Shown piece after piece: positions 42,387 through 52,356 of a stretch of DNA of 64,000 nt (its first letter is position 1; the number at the start of each line of letters is the position of its first letter). The stretch spans positions 269 through 64,268 of the forward strand of contig JAZDKM010000001.1 in the NCBI GenBank assembly GCA_043803085.1, given 5' to 3'. The notes below the pieces were generated by a model that saw only the letters and a program-made list of their open reading frames with translations, searched no databases and was not told the origin of the DNA. A program made the position numbers and the translations under genes. The DNA comes from Planctomycetota bacterium (GTDB lineage: Bacteria; Planctomycetota; Phycisphaerae; UBA1845).

Positions 42387-44962
42387 CCCTCTACCCCAGC
42401 GCCAGGGCGCCGGACGCAGGAACCGGAGCGGAAATCGCCGCCAGCTTGTTGCCCCAGCCCAAGCAGGTCGAGGCTCTGGGCGGCACGCTGCCGCTGCCCG
42501 ATCTCTGCGCCCTTCACCTTCCCGAGGTCCTCCCCGACCCGGAACGGGGCGCGCTGAATGAGTTGAGGGAGTTGTGCGCCCACGCCGTCCGCGTCCACCT
42601 GGTGGAGTGCCCGCCGGCCGCCGCACCACCACCGGGCGGGATTACGGTCCGGCTGGAACCCGAGGAGGCTGCCGGGCCTGGAACCCGGCCCCACGAGGTG
42701 GACGCCGAGCGGTGGGCGCAGGGTTACCGGCTGCGGGTGGGCCCGGCGCACGTCGAGTTGGTGGGTAACACGCCGCCGGGTTTGTTCTATGGCGTGCAGA
42801 CGCTGCGGCAGCTCGTACGCACCTTCGCACGCGATTGGCCGTGTATGGAGATCCGCGATCTGCCGGACTTTGCGGTCCGCGGTCTGTCTCATGACGTAAC
42901 CCGGGGTAAAGTGCCCAAGCTGGAGACCCTCAAGGAACTGGGCGACCGTTTGGCCGAGTTCAAGATGAACCATCTCCAGTTGTATGTCGAGCACACCTTC
43001 GCGTTCCAGTTCAATGCCCACATCGGGGGTGGCTGCTCGCCGCTGACTGCCGAAGAGGTTCGCGAGTTGGACTCCTACTGCGTCGCGCGGCGGATCGAGC
43101 TGGTGCCGGCGTTGGCCTCTTTCGGCCACATGGGTTTCGTGCTCAGTCTTCCCGAATACCGCCATCTCGCCGAGGTGGAGGCGACCGTGCCCTGGGCCCA
43201 GATGTCCTGGCGCGAGCGGATGCATGGACTGACGCTGGATGCCTCCAACCCTCAGTCCCGGATGCTGTTGGAACACATGTATGCGGAGTTCCTGCCGCTG
43301 TTTTCGTCGAGGCTGGTGAATGTCACCTGCGATGAGACCTACGACCTGGGGCAGGGGAAAAACCAGCGGCGGGCGGCCGAGTTCGGCCTCGGTCGGTTAT
43401 ATCTCGAACACCTGTGTTGGCTGCACCAGCTTTGTGGCCGGTTCGGCAAGCGCATGATGTTGTGGGGGGACATCGTCAAGAGATTCCCGGAGTTGCTCAC
43501 CGAGCTTCCGCGGGACGTCATCGTGCTGAATTGGGGATACGCCCCCGCGGCCGACTACGAGAGCACGGCCCTGTTTCGGGACGCGGGTCTGACCACGTAT
43601 GTCTGTCCCGGCACCTCCGCGTGGAACCGCGTGATTAACGATATCGACAGCGCCGATTTGAACATCCGCCGTTACGCGGCGGCGGGTGTGCAGTACGGGG
43701 CCGTGGGGTTGCTCAACACCGATTGGGGCGACGACGGACATTTCAACCTGCTCGCCGGGTCCTGGCATCCCATCGTGCTGGGGGCCGCAATGGGTTGGAA
43801 TACGGCGGGTCCGCCCCCGCAGACGTTTGACCGTGTGTTCAGCCGCCTGGTGTGGGAAGACGAAAGCGGAGCCCTGGTTCAAACGCTGCGCCGCGTCGTC
43901 TCCGCGAGCAACCTGCCGCGGAGCTGGCCGACGTTCTATGCCCCGCTAACCGAAACCATTCCTCAGGAGCCGTGGAGCGAATCGCGGGTGGAGCGCTGGC
44001 GGACGGTCTCGCTGGCCGCCGCGGAACAGTTCCGGCGTCATCGGGTTACCGGGCGTGGTGCCGCCCAGGACCTGCGGGAACTCCAGGTGGCCTGTCGGAT
44101 GAACGCCCTGGTGGCGGAGCGTATTCAAGTCTCGCGGGCTTTGGCCGTGGCCTCCGGAAACCCGGACCGTGTGTTGGTGGACCGCCTGCGCCGGTTCGCC
44201 TCCGACTGCGAGACGCTGGCGGCGCTATACGAACAAGTCTGGCTGGCCCGAAACAAGCGCTCGAACCTGGTTGAGATTCTGGCCGTATTCCAGCGGTTGG
44301 CAAAGGAAGCTCGGAGCATCGCGGCGAGGGAGGCCACCGGTTTCGACGCCGAACAGCACTACGGCGAACGGATGAGGGTCTTTGCGAGCGAGCGTGTGGA
44401 GCCGGGCGGTATCGTTTTCGTGGGTTCGTCGCACATTGAACGATTCGACACGGCCGCACTGTTGCCAGGGTGGCGGATCATCAATCGAGGGATCAGCGCT
44501 GATCGGACCGGGATCACCGAGCGTGGCATCCTCCACCGGCTGGACGTGTCGGTCTTCGACTGTCGGCCCTCCTATATTCTGCTGGAGAACGGGGCCAACG
44601 ACCTGGGTGAACTCTGGCGCACCGGTCGCCCGACGATCGAAGAGATCGCAGACGGCTACGCGGAGCTGGTGGCGGCCATTCGCGCTCGACTGCCGCAGGT
44701 GCCCATGTGCCTCGTCAACGTGGCGCCGACCACGGGTCCACATGCCGGCCTCTCACCGCTGGCGCCGCTCCTGAACCGGCAGATCGAACGCATCGCGGCG
44801 CGCTTCGGCTGTCAATACATGGACCTCTATCGTGTAGTGGTGAACGACGCCGGTGAACTGCGGTGGGAATTGACCGACGACGGACTACATCTCAATGCCC
44901 TCGGTTATCGTTCTTGGGCGGAGATCATTGCGCCCTATCTGGAGGCTGCCTTGGGCGGCTGA
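42383..44962 (+). CDS. GH20 beta-N-acetylhexosaminidase-like domain fused to a C-terminal SGNH/GDSL hydrolase domain
   Basis: ATGA overlap with the lysA stop. TIM-barrel region VRGLSHDVTRGKVP...HLQLYVEHTF...NTDWGDDGH. C-terminal IVFVGSSHIERF, LENGANDL and DDGLHLN blocks. Confidence 0.8.
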   Translation: MTLYPSARAPDAGTGAEIAASLLPQPKQVEALGGTLPLPDLCALHLPEVLPDPERGALNELRELCAHAVRVHLVECPPAAAPPPGGITVRLEPEEAAGPGTRPHEVDAERWAQGYRLRVGPAHVELVGNTPPGLFYGVQTLRQLVRTFARDWPCMEIRDLPDFAVRGLSHDVTRGKVPKLETLKELGDRLAEFKMNHLQLYVEHTFAFQFNAHIGGGCSPLTAEEVRELDSYCVARRIELVPALASFGHMGFVLSLPEYRHLAEVEATVPWAQMSWRERMHGLTLDASNPQSRMLLEHMYAEFLPLFSSRLVNVTCDETYDLGQGKNQRRAAEFGLGRLYLEHLCWLHQLCGRFGKRMMLWGDIVKRFPELLTELPRDVIVLNWGYAPAADYESTALFRDAGLTTYVCPGTSAWNRVINDIDSADLNIRRYAAAGVQYGAVGLLNTDWGDDGHFNLLAGSWHPIVLGAAMGWNTAGPPPQTFDRVFSRLVWEDESGALVQTLRRVVSASNLPRSWPTFYAPLTETIPQEPWSESRVERWRTVSLAAAEQFRRHRVTGRGAAQDLRELQVACRMNALVAERIQVSRALAVASGNPDRVLVDRLRRFASDCETLAALYEQVWLARNKRSNLVEILAVFQRLAKEARSIAAREATGFDAEQHYGERMRVFASERVEPGGIVFVGSSHIERFDTAALLPGWRIINRGISADRTGITERGILHRLDVSVFDCRPSYILLENGANDLGELWRTGRPTIEEIADGYAELVAAIRARLPQVPMCLVNVAPTTGPHAGLSPLAPLLNRQIERIAARFGCQYMDLYRVVVNDAGELRWELTDDGLHLNALGYRSWAEIIAPYLEAALGG

Positions 44963-45044
44963 CGCACCATGGGCGAGGCCCGGCGAACGGCACGACCCGA
45001 CGCGGCCGCGGGTCCGTCGGATCCGGTGACTCCAGGCGTCGGGC

Positions 45045-48000
45045 TCACTCTGCCGGGACCGTTCCGCCGGGCGAGGACCCGACTACGGGCGGACCGACCT
45101 CCGTGAGGGGAACGTCCGGGACGGGATATTGCTCCCAGCCGGGTGCGTCGAAGTGCCACCATTCGCTGTCCAGACCGGCAAAGCCTTCCGCCTCCATCGC
45201 TTCGGTCAGGATCTCCCGGTGGGCGCATGCGCTGGCCGGCGTGGCATAACGCAGGTCGATGACGATCCGCGGGGCGACATCGGCGAGATCCACCAAGGGC
45301 TCCGCCGCGGGATCCACTGGCGGTGGCAGGGGCTGCGGCTCCGGAGCGGCCAGGAGTACGAAAGCGGTCCCGGCCTTGGCCGTCAGCCACACCTTGTCCA
45401 AGTCGGATCGACGGTAGACCGTCTGACCTCGATCGGCATCGGTGAACGCTGGATCGTTCACATACAGGTCGCCCGCGGAATCAAAGCCCGTCAGCAGGAG
45501 GAGATGCCCTTCGCTGGCGCTGAACGGCGCCCCGGTCAGCTCGCCGGCCTCAGCGGTGATGGAGATGATCAACGGCTGGTCATCGGCAATCATCCGCTGC
45601 ACCTCCGCCCAGTCGCTGAACCGCGTCAGGTAGCCCGGAACGCCGTATGTGTAAGCCGTCTGCACAGCGCGGGGCCAGTTGCCGTAGAGGTCATGGACGG
45701 CGTCGAACGCCCGCCGGGCGATCTCGTCGGTCGGTCGGGTCACCCCCCGGTACTCGAGCATCATGGCGACCGAAGTGGGGGAACAGATGCGGCCGGTCAG
45801 TTCCGGAGGGGCGCTCTTCTGGCTGCGAAACGGCACCGCCAAGCGCCGCCGCCAACCCGATACCGGTGGGGCGGCCGGCTGCGGCGGTACGGGCACGGCG
45901 CTGATACGCCGTGTCGTATCACTCAAGCATGCGGCCACACAGGTGATCCGCAGCTTGGCCGGTGCGGCGGCTGGGGCCCAGGGGAGCGGCCGGCAAAGTG
46001 CCTGGATGCGGTATTGCAGCCGGTCAAACCGTTCCTCGGAGCGAAAATAGTCCACATCAACACGACCGTGTGCCCAGCGAACCGTCCGTCGCGTCGCCGA
46101 CGGGTAGTCGCCCCAGTCGCCGAAGTACAGATACGGTGACCAACTGTCGTCCCGGCGCCGCCCGACCCGGGCCTCCACGCAGAAGCTGGCGTGGGGTGGG
46201 GCCTCAACATTCCAGGAAATCAACGCTTCGTTGAACCCCAGGTTCGACTCGACAACGGCGGACTCGTACACGGTCGCCTGGGCGTGCCCAGCATCATCGG
46301 TCACCGTCGGACAGGTCAGCAGGACGCCCGGCGGATTGTCGCGCACCACGCCGCCACGCACCGTGCCTGTGGCGAACTCCTCCGCGGTGTCGTGAAGGAC
46401 CAATTGATTCGCGAAGGGCTTGGCCATAGGCGGGCCGCAGAGATGCTCGTCAACTGCGGCTGCCATCCGGGCCAGATAGTCGTCACCTGCCGGATGGCGG
46501 ACCATGCCCACCAGGAGGTAGATCTGTTGGCGATGCTCGATGCGGGCGGTGTCAAGTTGCCAGTCCTGCCAGGTGCTGCTCTTGCGAATCAGGGTCAGGT
46601 CGCGGCCTTGCAAACCCCGCACGAAGCCGGATTCGACGTGCTCCAGCTCCGGCGCCGCAAAAACCTCTCGGATCTTCGCCGACGCCGGTCCGCTGACCAG
46701 CCGTCCCTGCTCGAGCATCAAGTAGAACCGCAGGCACTGCCGGACGGTGGCTCCGCACGATGGATCATGTAGGGAATCGCTCATACCGGACTGGACCTGA
46801 CCCGGGTGCTGCCCGTACCACAACCCCCTGCCTCGCGTCGGATCATAGAAACGGTAACGGTCAGCGCGAAGGACTTCTTGAATCCGTTCCGGCCCAAGCA
46901 ATTGACTGTATTCAGCGGCCACATGGGGGTCGCCGACCTTGATCATCCGACCCAACCCCCGCTGGACCTCAGCGGGCAGATCGGCAACCCCCTGCGGATA
47001 CGTCTGGAAGTATGCCAGGAGGATGCCCAGTTCGGCAACGCCGGCCCCACAAAACATACGGTCCGGGTTCACCATCGCCAGGCGCAGGTCATTCAGATCC
47101 AGGACGCCCACGGCGCGATCGGTCTGCGGGATATCATATAGCTCGCCGAGTCGGCGATCGATCGCCTCGAGGGCGACCTGGAGGTCGGGGGCGAGGGGCG
47201 TCGCCTCATCGAGGCGATAAGCCTGGAGGCGCATAGCCCGGCGCCAGTCCCAGGCCGGCGGTGGGGCGGTCGAGGGAGCGGCTTGCCGCCGGGTCCCCAA
47301 GGCGGCGGCGAGAGACGCTTCGCTCACCTCAGTGGCTTGCGGGGAGGAGGCCAAGGCTTCCCGCATGATGGCCTGGGCGTCGGGACGCAGGCGGAGAATC
47401 TTGATTCCGATGCATCGTTCGTCCCCGGCGAGGTAGTCCAGCAACGGTTCCTCGCGGACCGTCGGCCTGGCGGAGTGCAGGAGGTTAACGGTCCCATCCA
47501 CCGCGCGCGCGATGATGCCGGTGTGCCCGGCCCACTGGCTCTGGTCATCGCCGCGAATAATGTTGACGAAATCGGCGTCGCGCAATTCGGCGAGGATCGC
47601 GGGGACATGGTCTTTGGGGAGATAGACGTCGCTGAACGGCTCGTCGGGAAGGTCCTGACCGATCCCGTACCGGGCGAAGAAGGCGGCGCGCCGCACGGTA
47701 TGCCGCAGCGGGACCGTCCAACGGCCGCCGCCGAGCCGGGCGGTGCAGTCTTCGAACAGAAAGGCGTTGTGACGGTTCCAGTCGGCCTCCGTGTAGTGGT
47801 TGCGGGTCAACATCCCGATGACGCCGTCACGGTAGCGTAGCCGTTGGAGGGTGCGGAGGAAATCCCACCAGTTCGACGCCAAGGCCATGGCGTAGGTGTG
47901 CTCGCAGAAGGTCAAGCAGTCGCCGCGGGCCAGGCAGTAGATCGGGTCCGGGTCGTACTCCTCAAAGGGGAATTCGCCCAGAAGGAAGATCTCGTAGGGC

Positions 48001-48278
48001 TGGCCAAGGTTCTTGCGCCCCAGGGTGAGGATACGCCGGACCAAGTCGGGCTCCGCCTGGTGCAAGGCACGCAGGTAGCGGTCCAGCTCGTCCTCATCGA
48101 AGGTGTACAGCGGACGCCGGACCAGGTCCGGGTCGGGCCCGGGCATCAGTTCCCCCTGCTCACCGGGCCGCGGGGGTGCAATGGATGGCCCGGTACGCTC
48201 GCCGGGGCAACCGCCGGTCAAAACTACGGCGACGCACGTCAGTGCCGCGAGCCGCTCGCGCCAACGGACAGACTCCAT
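45045..48278 (-). CDS. multidomain lipoprotein: DUF1460/amidase-like domain, beta-lactamase-fold-like domain, peptidase C39-like domain, vestigial VanX-like C-terminus
   Basis: Lipobox VVLTGGC. GQPYEIFLLGE...DCLTFCEHTYAMAL. FRSQKSAPPELTGRICSPTSVAMMLEYRG...GHLLLLTGFD. C-terminal IVIDLRYATP ... GFAGLDSEWWHF. Confidence 0.8.
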   Translation of the reverse strand: MESVRWRERLAALTCVAVVLTGGCPGERTGPSIAPPRPGEQGELMPGPDPDLVRRPLYTFDEDELDRYLRALHQAEPDLVRRILTLGRKNLGQPYEIFLLGEFPFEEYDPDPIYCLARGDCLTFCEHTYAMALASNWWDFLRTLQRLRYRDGVIGMLTRNHYTEADWNRHNAFLFEDCTARLGGGRWTVPLRHTVRRAAFFARYGIGQDLPDEPFSDVYLPKDHVPAILAELRDADFVNIIRGDDQSQWAGHTGIIARAVDGTVNLLHSARPTVREEPLLDYLAGDERCIGIKILRLRPDAQAIMREALASSPQATEVSEASLAAALGTRRQAAPSTAPPPAWDWRRAMRLQAYRLDEATPLAPDLQVALEAIDRRLGELYDIPQTDRAVGVLDLNDLRLAMVNPDRMFCGAGVAELGILLAYFQTYPQGVADLPAEVQRGLGRMIKVGDPHVAAEYSQLLGPERIQEVLRADRYRFYDPTRGRGLWYGQHPGQVQSGMSDSLHDPSCGATVRQCLRFYLMLEQGRLVSGPASAKIREVFAAPELEHVESGFVRGLQGRDLTLIRKSSTWQDWQLDTARIEHRQQIYLLVGMVRHPAGDDYLARMAAAVDEHLCGPPMAKPFANQLVLHDTAEEFATGTVRGGVVRDNPPGVLLTCPTVTDDAGHAQATVYESAVVESNLGFNEALISWNVEAPPHASFCVEARVGRRRDDSWSPYLYFGDWGDYPSATRRTVRWAHGRVDVDYFRSEERFDRLQYRIQALCRPLPWAPAAAPAKLRITCVAACLSDTTRRISAVPVPPQPAAPPVSGWRRRLAVPFRSQKSAPPELTGRICSPTSVAMMLEYRGVTRPTDEIARRAFDAVHDLYGNWPRAVQTAYTYGVPGYLTRFSDWAEVQRMIADDQPLIISITAEAGELTGAPFSASEGHLLLLTGFDSAGDLYVNDPAFTDADRGQTVYRRSDLDKVWLTAKAGTAFVLLAAPEPQPLPPPVDPAAEPLVDLADVAPRIVIDLRYATPASACAHREILTEAMEAEGFAGLDSEWWHFDAPGWEQYPVPDVPLTEVGPPVVGSSPGGTVPAE

Positions 48279-48310
48279 GTGCCAACCTCGTCTCCGCTCC
48301 GGGGGGGGCT

Positions 48311-49111
48311 CTAGGTCATCTTGCCGATCATCCGGGGAACAAGCCGCTTTTTCTCGGCGAAAATCCAGCGGTAGTAATCGGCCCGCTTCAACTTCGAGCC
48401 GGCTTCGGCATTCAGAAACACGGTGACGTATCGGTGCATCTGGAGGGCGCTGGCCGAGACCTGGGCGGTGATCGGTCCCTCGAGGGCTTCGGCAACGACG
48501 ACCGCCTTCTTGGCCCCGCTGGCCAGCAGGAGAATCTGTTTGGCCTCCATGATGGTTCCCACTCCCATGGTGATGGCAAAGCGTGGAACCTCCTCTCGGT
48601 TGCGGAAGAAACGAGCGTTATCCTCGATGGTTTGTTTGGTCAGGATTTTGAGCCGGGTTCGCGAGCCGAGTGACAAGCCGGGCTCGTTGAAACCGATGTG
48701 CCCGTCGGCCCCGATACCCAGAAGCTGAAGGTCGATGCCGCCGACCCGGCGGATTTCCGCTTCGTACCACTCACAGAACTCTTCGATGTCCTCCGCATGC
48801 CCATAGGGCACATGGATGTTCTTGCGGTCTACATTGATGTGGTTGAACAGGTGATGATCCATAAAATAGCGGTAGCTCTGTGGATGGGACGGCGGGAGGT
48901 CCAGGTATTCATCCAGGTTGAAGGTGAGGACCTTGGAAAAGTCCAGACCCTCCTCCTGGTGCTTGCGCACCAGCTCCCGGTAGGTGCCTACCGGCGTCGA
49001 TCCCGTGGCCAGGCCCAGGACGCTGTTGGGCTTCTTGAGCAACTGCCGTTCGATCATCTGGGCCGGCAACTTGCTCATCTCGTCGTACGTGTCGGTGATG
49101 ATGATTTCCAT
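48311..49111 (-). CDS. nagB: glucosamine-6-phosphate deaminase
   Basis: 266 aa. LGLATGSTPVGTY, FNLDEY and GIGADGHIGFNEPG motifs. Confidence 0.9.
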   Translation of the reverse strand: MEIIITDTYDEMSKLPAQMIERQLLKKPNSVLGLATGSTPVGTYRELVRKHQEEGLDFSKVLTFNLDEYLDLPPSHPQSYRYFMDHHLFNHINVDRKNIHVPYGHAEDIEEFCEWYEAEIRRVGGIDLQLLGIGADGHIGFNEPGLSLGSRTRLKILTKQTIEDNARFFRNREEVPRFAITMGVGTIMEAKQILLLASGAKKAVVVAEALEGPITAQVSASALQMHRYVTVFLNAEAGSKLKRADYYRWIFAEKKRLVPRMIGKMT

Positions 49112-49165
49112 GAGGTTTCCTGGTTTGCATGCCGACCGTTGCGCCCCCGGCGTGATCCTCCGTCA

Positions 49166-50110
49166 TTATGGCTTGTTCTTGTCGATTGGGTCAAGGAAAC
49201 CAGGGGCGGTCTGGTAGCGCCAGAAGACCCGGCTGACGCGGCAGCCGGCGTGGTGGGAATAGAAGGCGATCGGACCCACCCAGGGAATCACCGCCGTCCG
49301 GTGACCTGCGTGTCTTAGATCGTTAAGACAACGCCACAACAGCACCCGCCCGATCCCCAAGCCGCGGGCGGGGGGAGCCGTGCCCATCGGACCAAAGAAC
49401 CCCCATTCGCGATTCTGCGTTGAGTGGGCGCTGAACGCGACCACCCGCCCTTCGCGTAGCCCCAGGTGCAGTGCCGGGGGATCGTTGGCCATGGCCAATT
49501 CGGCCTCGAGTCGCCAGTCCGGACCGAAGTGTTCGCCGAAGAAGATATCCAACAGCGGAACATCGCCGTGGCGGGCGCGGCGTACTTCCACGCCTATCTC
49601 GACCAGACGCCGCTCCTCCGCCCCCGTTTCAAAGGGCCGGTCCAGGCGGGCGGTGAGGTTCACACCGTCTTTGAACCGCTCGAACCCCGATTGCTCCAGA
49701 AAACAGACCGCCTCGGTGTAGCGCGGATCCAGACCGGGAGTGAAGTAGTTTCCAGGAATGGCCAACACCTCCACCCGGCTCACCCCAGCTCCCCGCCAAT
49801 CCTGTTTCACCTGCTGGAGCAGGGTGGCGGCGATCCGGCGCCGCCGCTGACCCGGGGACACGGCGAAGAGTCCTAGCCAACCTTTCGTTTCCGCGGCTCG
49901 CCAGATGGTCTGCATCATGCCAACAGGCGTGCCCTCCAGTTCCGCGAGGTAGACCCGGTACTCTTCCTGATCCGGTCGGGGAACGCGAAACAGCTTCTCG
50001 GCGAGCAAATCCACGCTGAAGGAATCGAACGAAAAGGCCGAGACGGCCAGCGCGTAAAGCCCGGGCAGATCACGCCGGTCCGCCGGCCGGATAAAGAACA
50101 GGGGAGTCAT
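49166..50110 (-). CDS. tandem-GNAT N-acetyltransferase
   Basis: Two acetyl-CoA-binding-like segments (QRRRRIAATLLQQ and ARGLGIGRVLL). ATGA overlap with the upstream amidase gene. Confidence 0.75.
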   Translation of the reverse strand: MTPLFFIRPADRRDLPGLYALAVSAFSFDSFSVDLLAEKLFRVPRPDQEEYRVYLAELEGTPVGMMQTIWRAAETKGWLGLFAVSPGQRRRRIAATLLQQVKQDWRGAGVSRVEVLAIPGNYFTPGLDPRYTEAVCFLEQSGFERFKDGVNLTARLDRPFETGAEERRLVEIGVEVRRARHGDVPLLDIFFGEHFGPDWRLEAELAMANDPPALHLGLREGRVVAFSAHSTQNREWGFFGPMGTAPPARGLGIGRVLLWRCLNDLRHAGHRTAVIPWVGPIAFYSHHAGCRVSRVFWRYQTAPGFLDPIDKNKP

Positions 50111-51273
50111 TCTTCCACCACCTGGAGTGTAAAAGCGGGATTAAGCACCGAATTCTTGAACAGGTTTTGGAACTGCACCTCGAGGTGATGCGCGCCGGGG
50201 GCCAGATCGACGGTTACATCCACCCTGAGGCAGTAGCCCTCATTGGTGAACGAGTGCGGGACACGCCCACCGTCGAGACGGACGGCGATGGAGTCGGTGA
50301 GAATCATCTGTCGTTCATGCCCCCACGACTGGCGCGGGCGCAGGCCGTCATCCAACTCGAACTCCAGAGTAGCCGATGCCCCGGCGGAAAGGATTCCGTC
50401 TTCCGGGACGAGCAGGCGGGCGATGGGCAGACCGGCGGCGGCGTAACGGGCCAGTCCGAGGAACAGCCCGTAGGCCTCCCGCAGGTTGTATTCCGGATCG
50501 CGGAGGCGTTGCTCTTCCTGGGGATTCGTGAAGAAAGAGCTTTCGCACAACGCCGCGGTGACCCGCGCGTGGCGAAGAATGCCAAAACCGGAGGCATACA
50601 TGAGCTGATCGCTCTTGAGCGGTACAGCGGTCACCTCCGGCATGGCCAGCGCCTCCAGCAAGCCCTGGCACAGGTAGCGGGCCAGGTCCAGATTCGCCGG
50701 CCGATAATCCACGTCCCGGTGGTACCATACGCTGGTGTAGTTGGCCTGGGGGTTGTTCTCCACCGCGTTGTGATGGCAGGAGACGAACAGGTCGGCGCCC
50801 CATTCATTGGCCGTCCGGGCGCGTTCCTCGAGCGAGATGTCCACGTCCGCCTCTCGCGTCAGGCGGACCTCGGCCCCGCAGTGAACCAGAAAGTCCCGCA
50901 GATACTGGGCCACGCGCAGATTGACCTCCGCCTCGCGCACGCCGGTCGGCCCCCGCTTGTAACCTCGCAGGTGAGCATCGCCGCCGTGGCCGGGGTCGAG
51001 GCAGATTGTCACTCCTTGCAGATACTGGGCGTACGGCGGAACAGGGTACTCCGGCGTGCTCATGCGGACGACGGCGAAGTCCGGCGGAGCCTCCAGAAGC
51101 GTGTGCGTCCTGGTTTCCGGGTCGCCCCCCGGGTCCGGTGGGGGTGGGGGAAGCCCGACGGGCGGTTCCAGTCCGGGCGGCCGGCGCGCCGACGGCGCCG
51201 CCGCGGGGCAGCCCGCGAGGCTGAGAATCCACCCTGCGATCAAGGTCCATTTCGCCGCCTTATCCATACGCAT
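50107..51273 (-). CDS. N-acetylmuramoyl-L-alanine amidase (Amidase_3) lipoprotein
   Basis: Lipobox ILSLAGC after the Met at 51273. ICLDPGHGGD, EAEVNLRVAQYL, FVSCHHNA and AALCESSFFTNPQE motifs. Confidence 0.85.
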   Translation of the reverse strand: MRMDKAAKWTLIAGWILSLAGCPAAAPSARRPPGLEPPVGLPPPPPDPGGDPETRTHTLLEAPPDFAVVRMSTPEYPVPPYAQYLQGVTICLDPGHGGDAHLRGYKRGPTGVREAEVNLRVAQYLRDFLVHCGAEVRLTREADVDISLEERARTANEWGADLFVSCHHNAVENNPQANYTSVWYHRDVDYRPANLDLARYLCQGLLEALAMPEVTAVPLKSDQLMYASGFGILRHARVTAALCESSFFTNPQEEQRLRDPEYNLREAYGLFLGLARYAAAGLPIARLLVPEDGILSAGASATLEFELDDGLRPRQSWGHERQMILTDSIAVRLDGGRVPHSFTNEGYCLRVDVTVDLAPGAHHLEVQFQNLFKNSVLNPAFTLQVVEE

Positions 51274-51315
51274 ACGCGAACTCCTTGCCCCAGGCAGATC
51301 GCCAAGTCGGCGAGG

Positions 51316-51340
51316 TATATATATGCTATAATAATAGATT
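51316..51340. promoter_or_regulatory. AT-rich island with an extended -10 box (TGcTATAAT) in the divergent amidase/murQ intergenic region
   Basis: tatatatatgctataataatagatt in an otherwise GC-rich context. TG at 51324-51325 and TATAAT at 51327-51332 on the plus strand. TATTAT and TATATA boxes on the minus strand. Confidence 0.45.
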
Positions 51341-51408
51341 GGCCCAGCGAGGCATTGCCCCCCAGGCAAGAATCCGCAAAACTGGTAGTCGAACCGCGTG
51401 CGGCGCTC

Positions 51409-52356
51409 GTGGAGCGCGAGGTTCTTACGTCAGCGGAGGACTCGGCGGTGCGCGACCGGGGCCATTTCCTCACCGAACTGCGCAACCCGCGTTCGATGGG
51501 CGTGGACCGCATGTCGATTGCGGAAGCATTTGACTTGATGAATTCCGAGGACGCCGGCGTGGCTGGTGCCGTAGCCGCCGCACGCTCCGAGATTTGTCAG
51601 GCCATCGAACTGGTGGTGGGTGCGTTCCAGGGCGGCGGGCGGCTGATCTATGTCGGCGCCGGCACCAGCGGTTGGCTGGGGGTGCTGGACGCCGCCGAGT
51701 GTCCCCCCACCTTTCTGTCCGCCCCGTCCATGGTGCAAGGGCGCATCGCCGGCGGATGGGAGGCGTTGCGGCAGGCGGTCGAAGGCGCCGAGGACCATCC
51801 CGAGGACGGCGCCGCGGCCATGGACGATCTGCGGGTCGGTGATAAGGACGTAGTCTTTGGCATCAGCACCGGCGGCAGCACGCCCTACGTACACGGGGCC
51901 CTGGGTCGGGCCCGGCAGCGGGGAGCCAAGACCGTCTTCTTCGGCTGCGTCACCGGCCAACAGTATACTGACGAGGCGGATGTCTCCATTCGGATCCTGG
52001 TCGGACCGGAAGTCATTACCGGCAGCACGCGGCTCAAGGCGGGGACCGCCACCAAAATGGTGCTCAACATGGTGACCACCATCAGCATGATCCGGATCGG
52101 GAAGGTGTATCAGAATCTGATGGTGGACGTGAACACGCGGGCCAACGCCAAGTTGGTCGATCGCGGCATCCGCATCATTCAGATGGTGACCGGGCTGGAG
52201 CGCGCCGCGGCCCGGCAGTTGCTGGAGGGCGCCGACGGTCGGGTGAAGACGGCGTTGGTTATGCACCTCAAGGGAGTGGAGCGGGAAGAAGCCGAGCGGT
52301 TGCTGGTGGAGCACCAGGGCCATCTTTCGGAAACCATCCAAGGGCCGACCGAATGA
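51409..52356 (+). CDS. murQ: N-acetylmuramic acid 6-phosphate etherase
   Basis: SIS-domain signature LTELRNPRSMGVD, YVGAGTSGWLGVLDAAECPPTF, GISTGGSTPYV and TGSTRLKAGTATKMVLN. There is no in-frame ATG upstream, so the GTG at 51409 was chosen. The upstream part of the 729-aa ORF is antisense shadow. Confidence 0.88.
   Translation: MEREVLTSAEDSAVRDRGHFLTELRNPRSMGVDRMSIAEAFDLMNSEDAGVAGAVAAARSEICQAIELVVGAFQGGGRLIYVGAGTSGWLGVLDAAECPPTFLSAPSMVQGRIAGGWEALRQAVEGAEDHPEDGAAAMDDLRVGDKDVVFGISTGGSTPYVHGALGRARQRGAKTVFFGCVTGQQYTDEADVSIRILVGPEVITGSTRLKAGTATKMVLNMVTTISMIRIGKVYQNLMVDVNTRANAKLVDRGIRIIQMVTGLERAAARQLLEGADGRVKTALVMHLKGVEREEAERLLVEHQGHLSETIQGPTE

Noticed and set aside
50167-51408. N-terminal 414 codons of the 729-aa plus ORF that ends as MurQ
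   Set aside because: This part is antisense to the Amidase_3 gene and has no protein-like features. MurQ similarity begins only near 51409-51480, so the gene was shortened to a GTG start.
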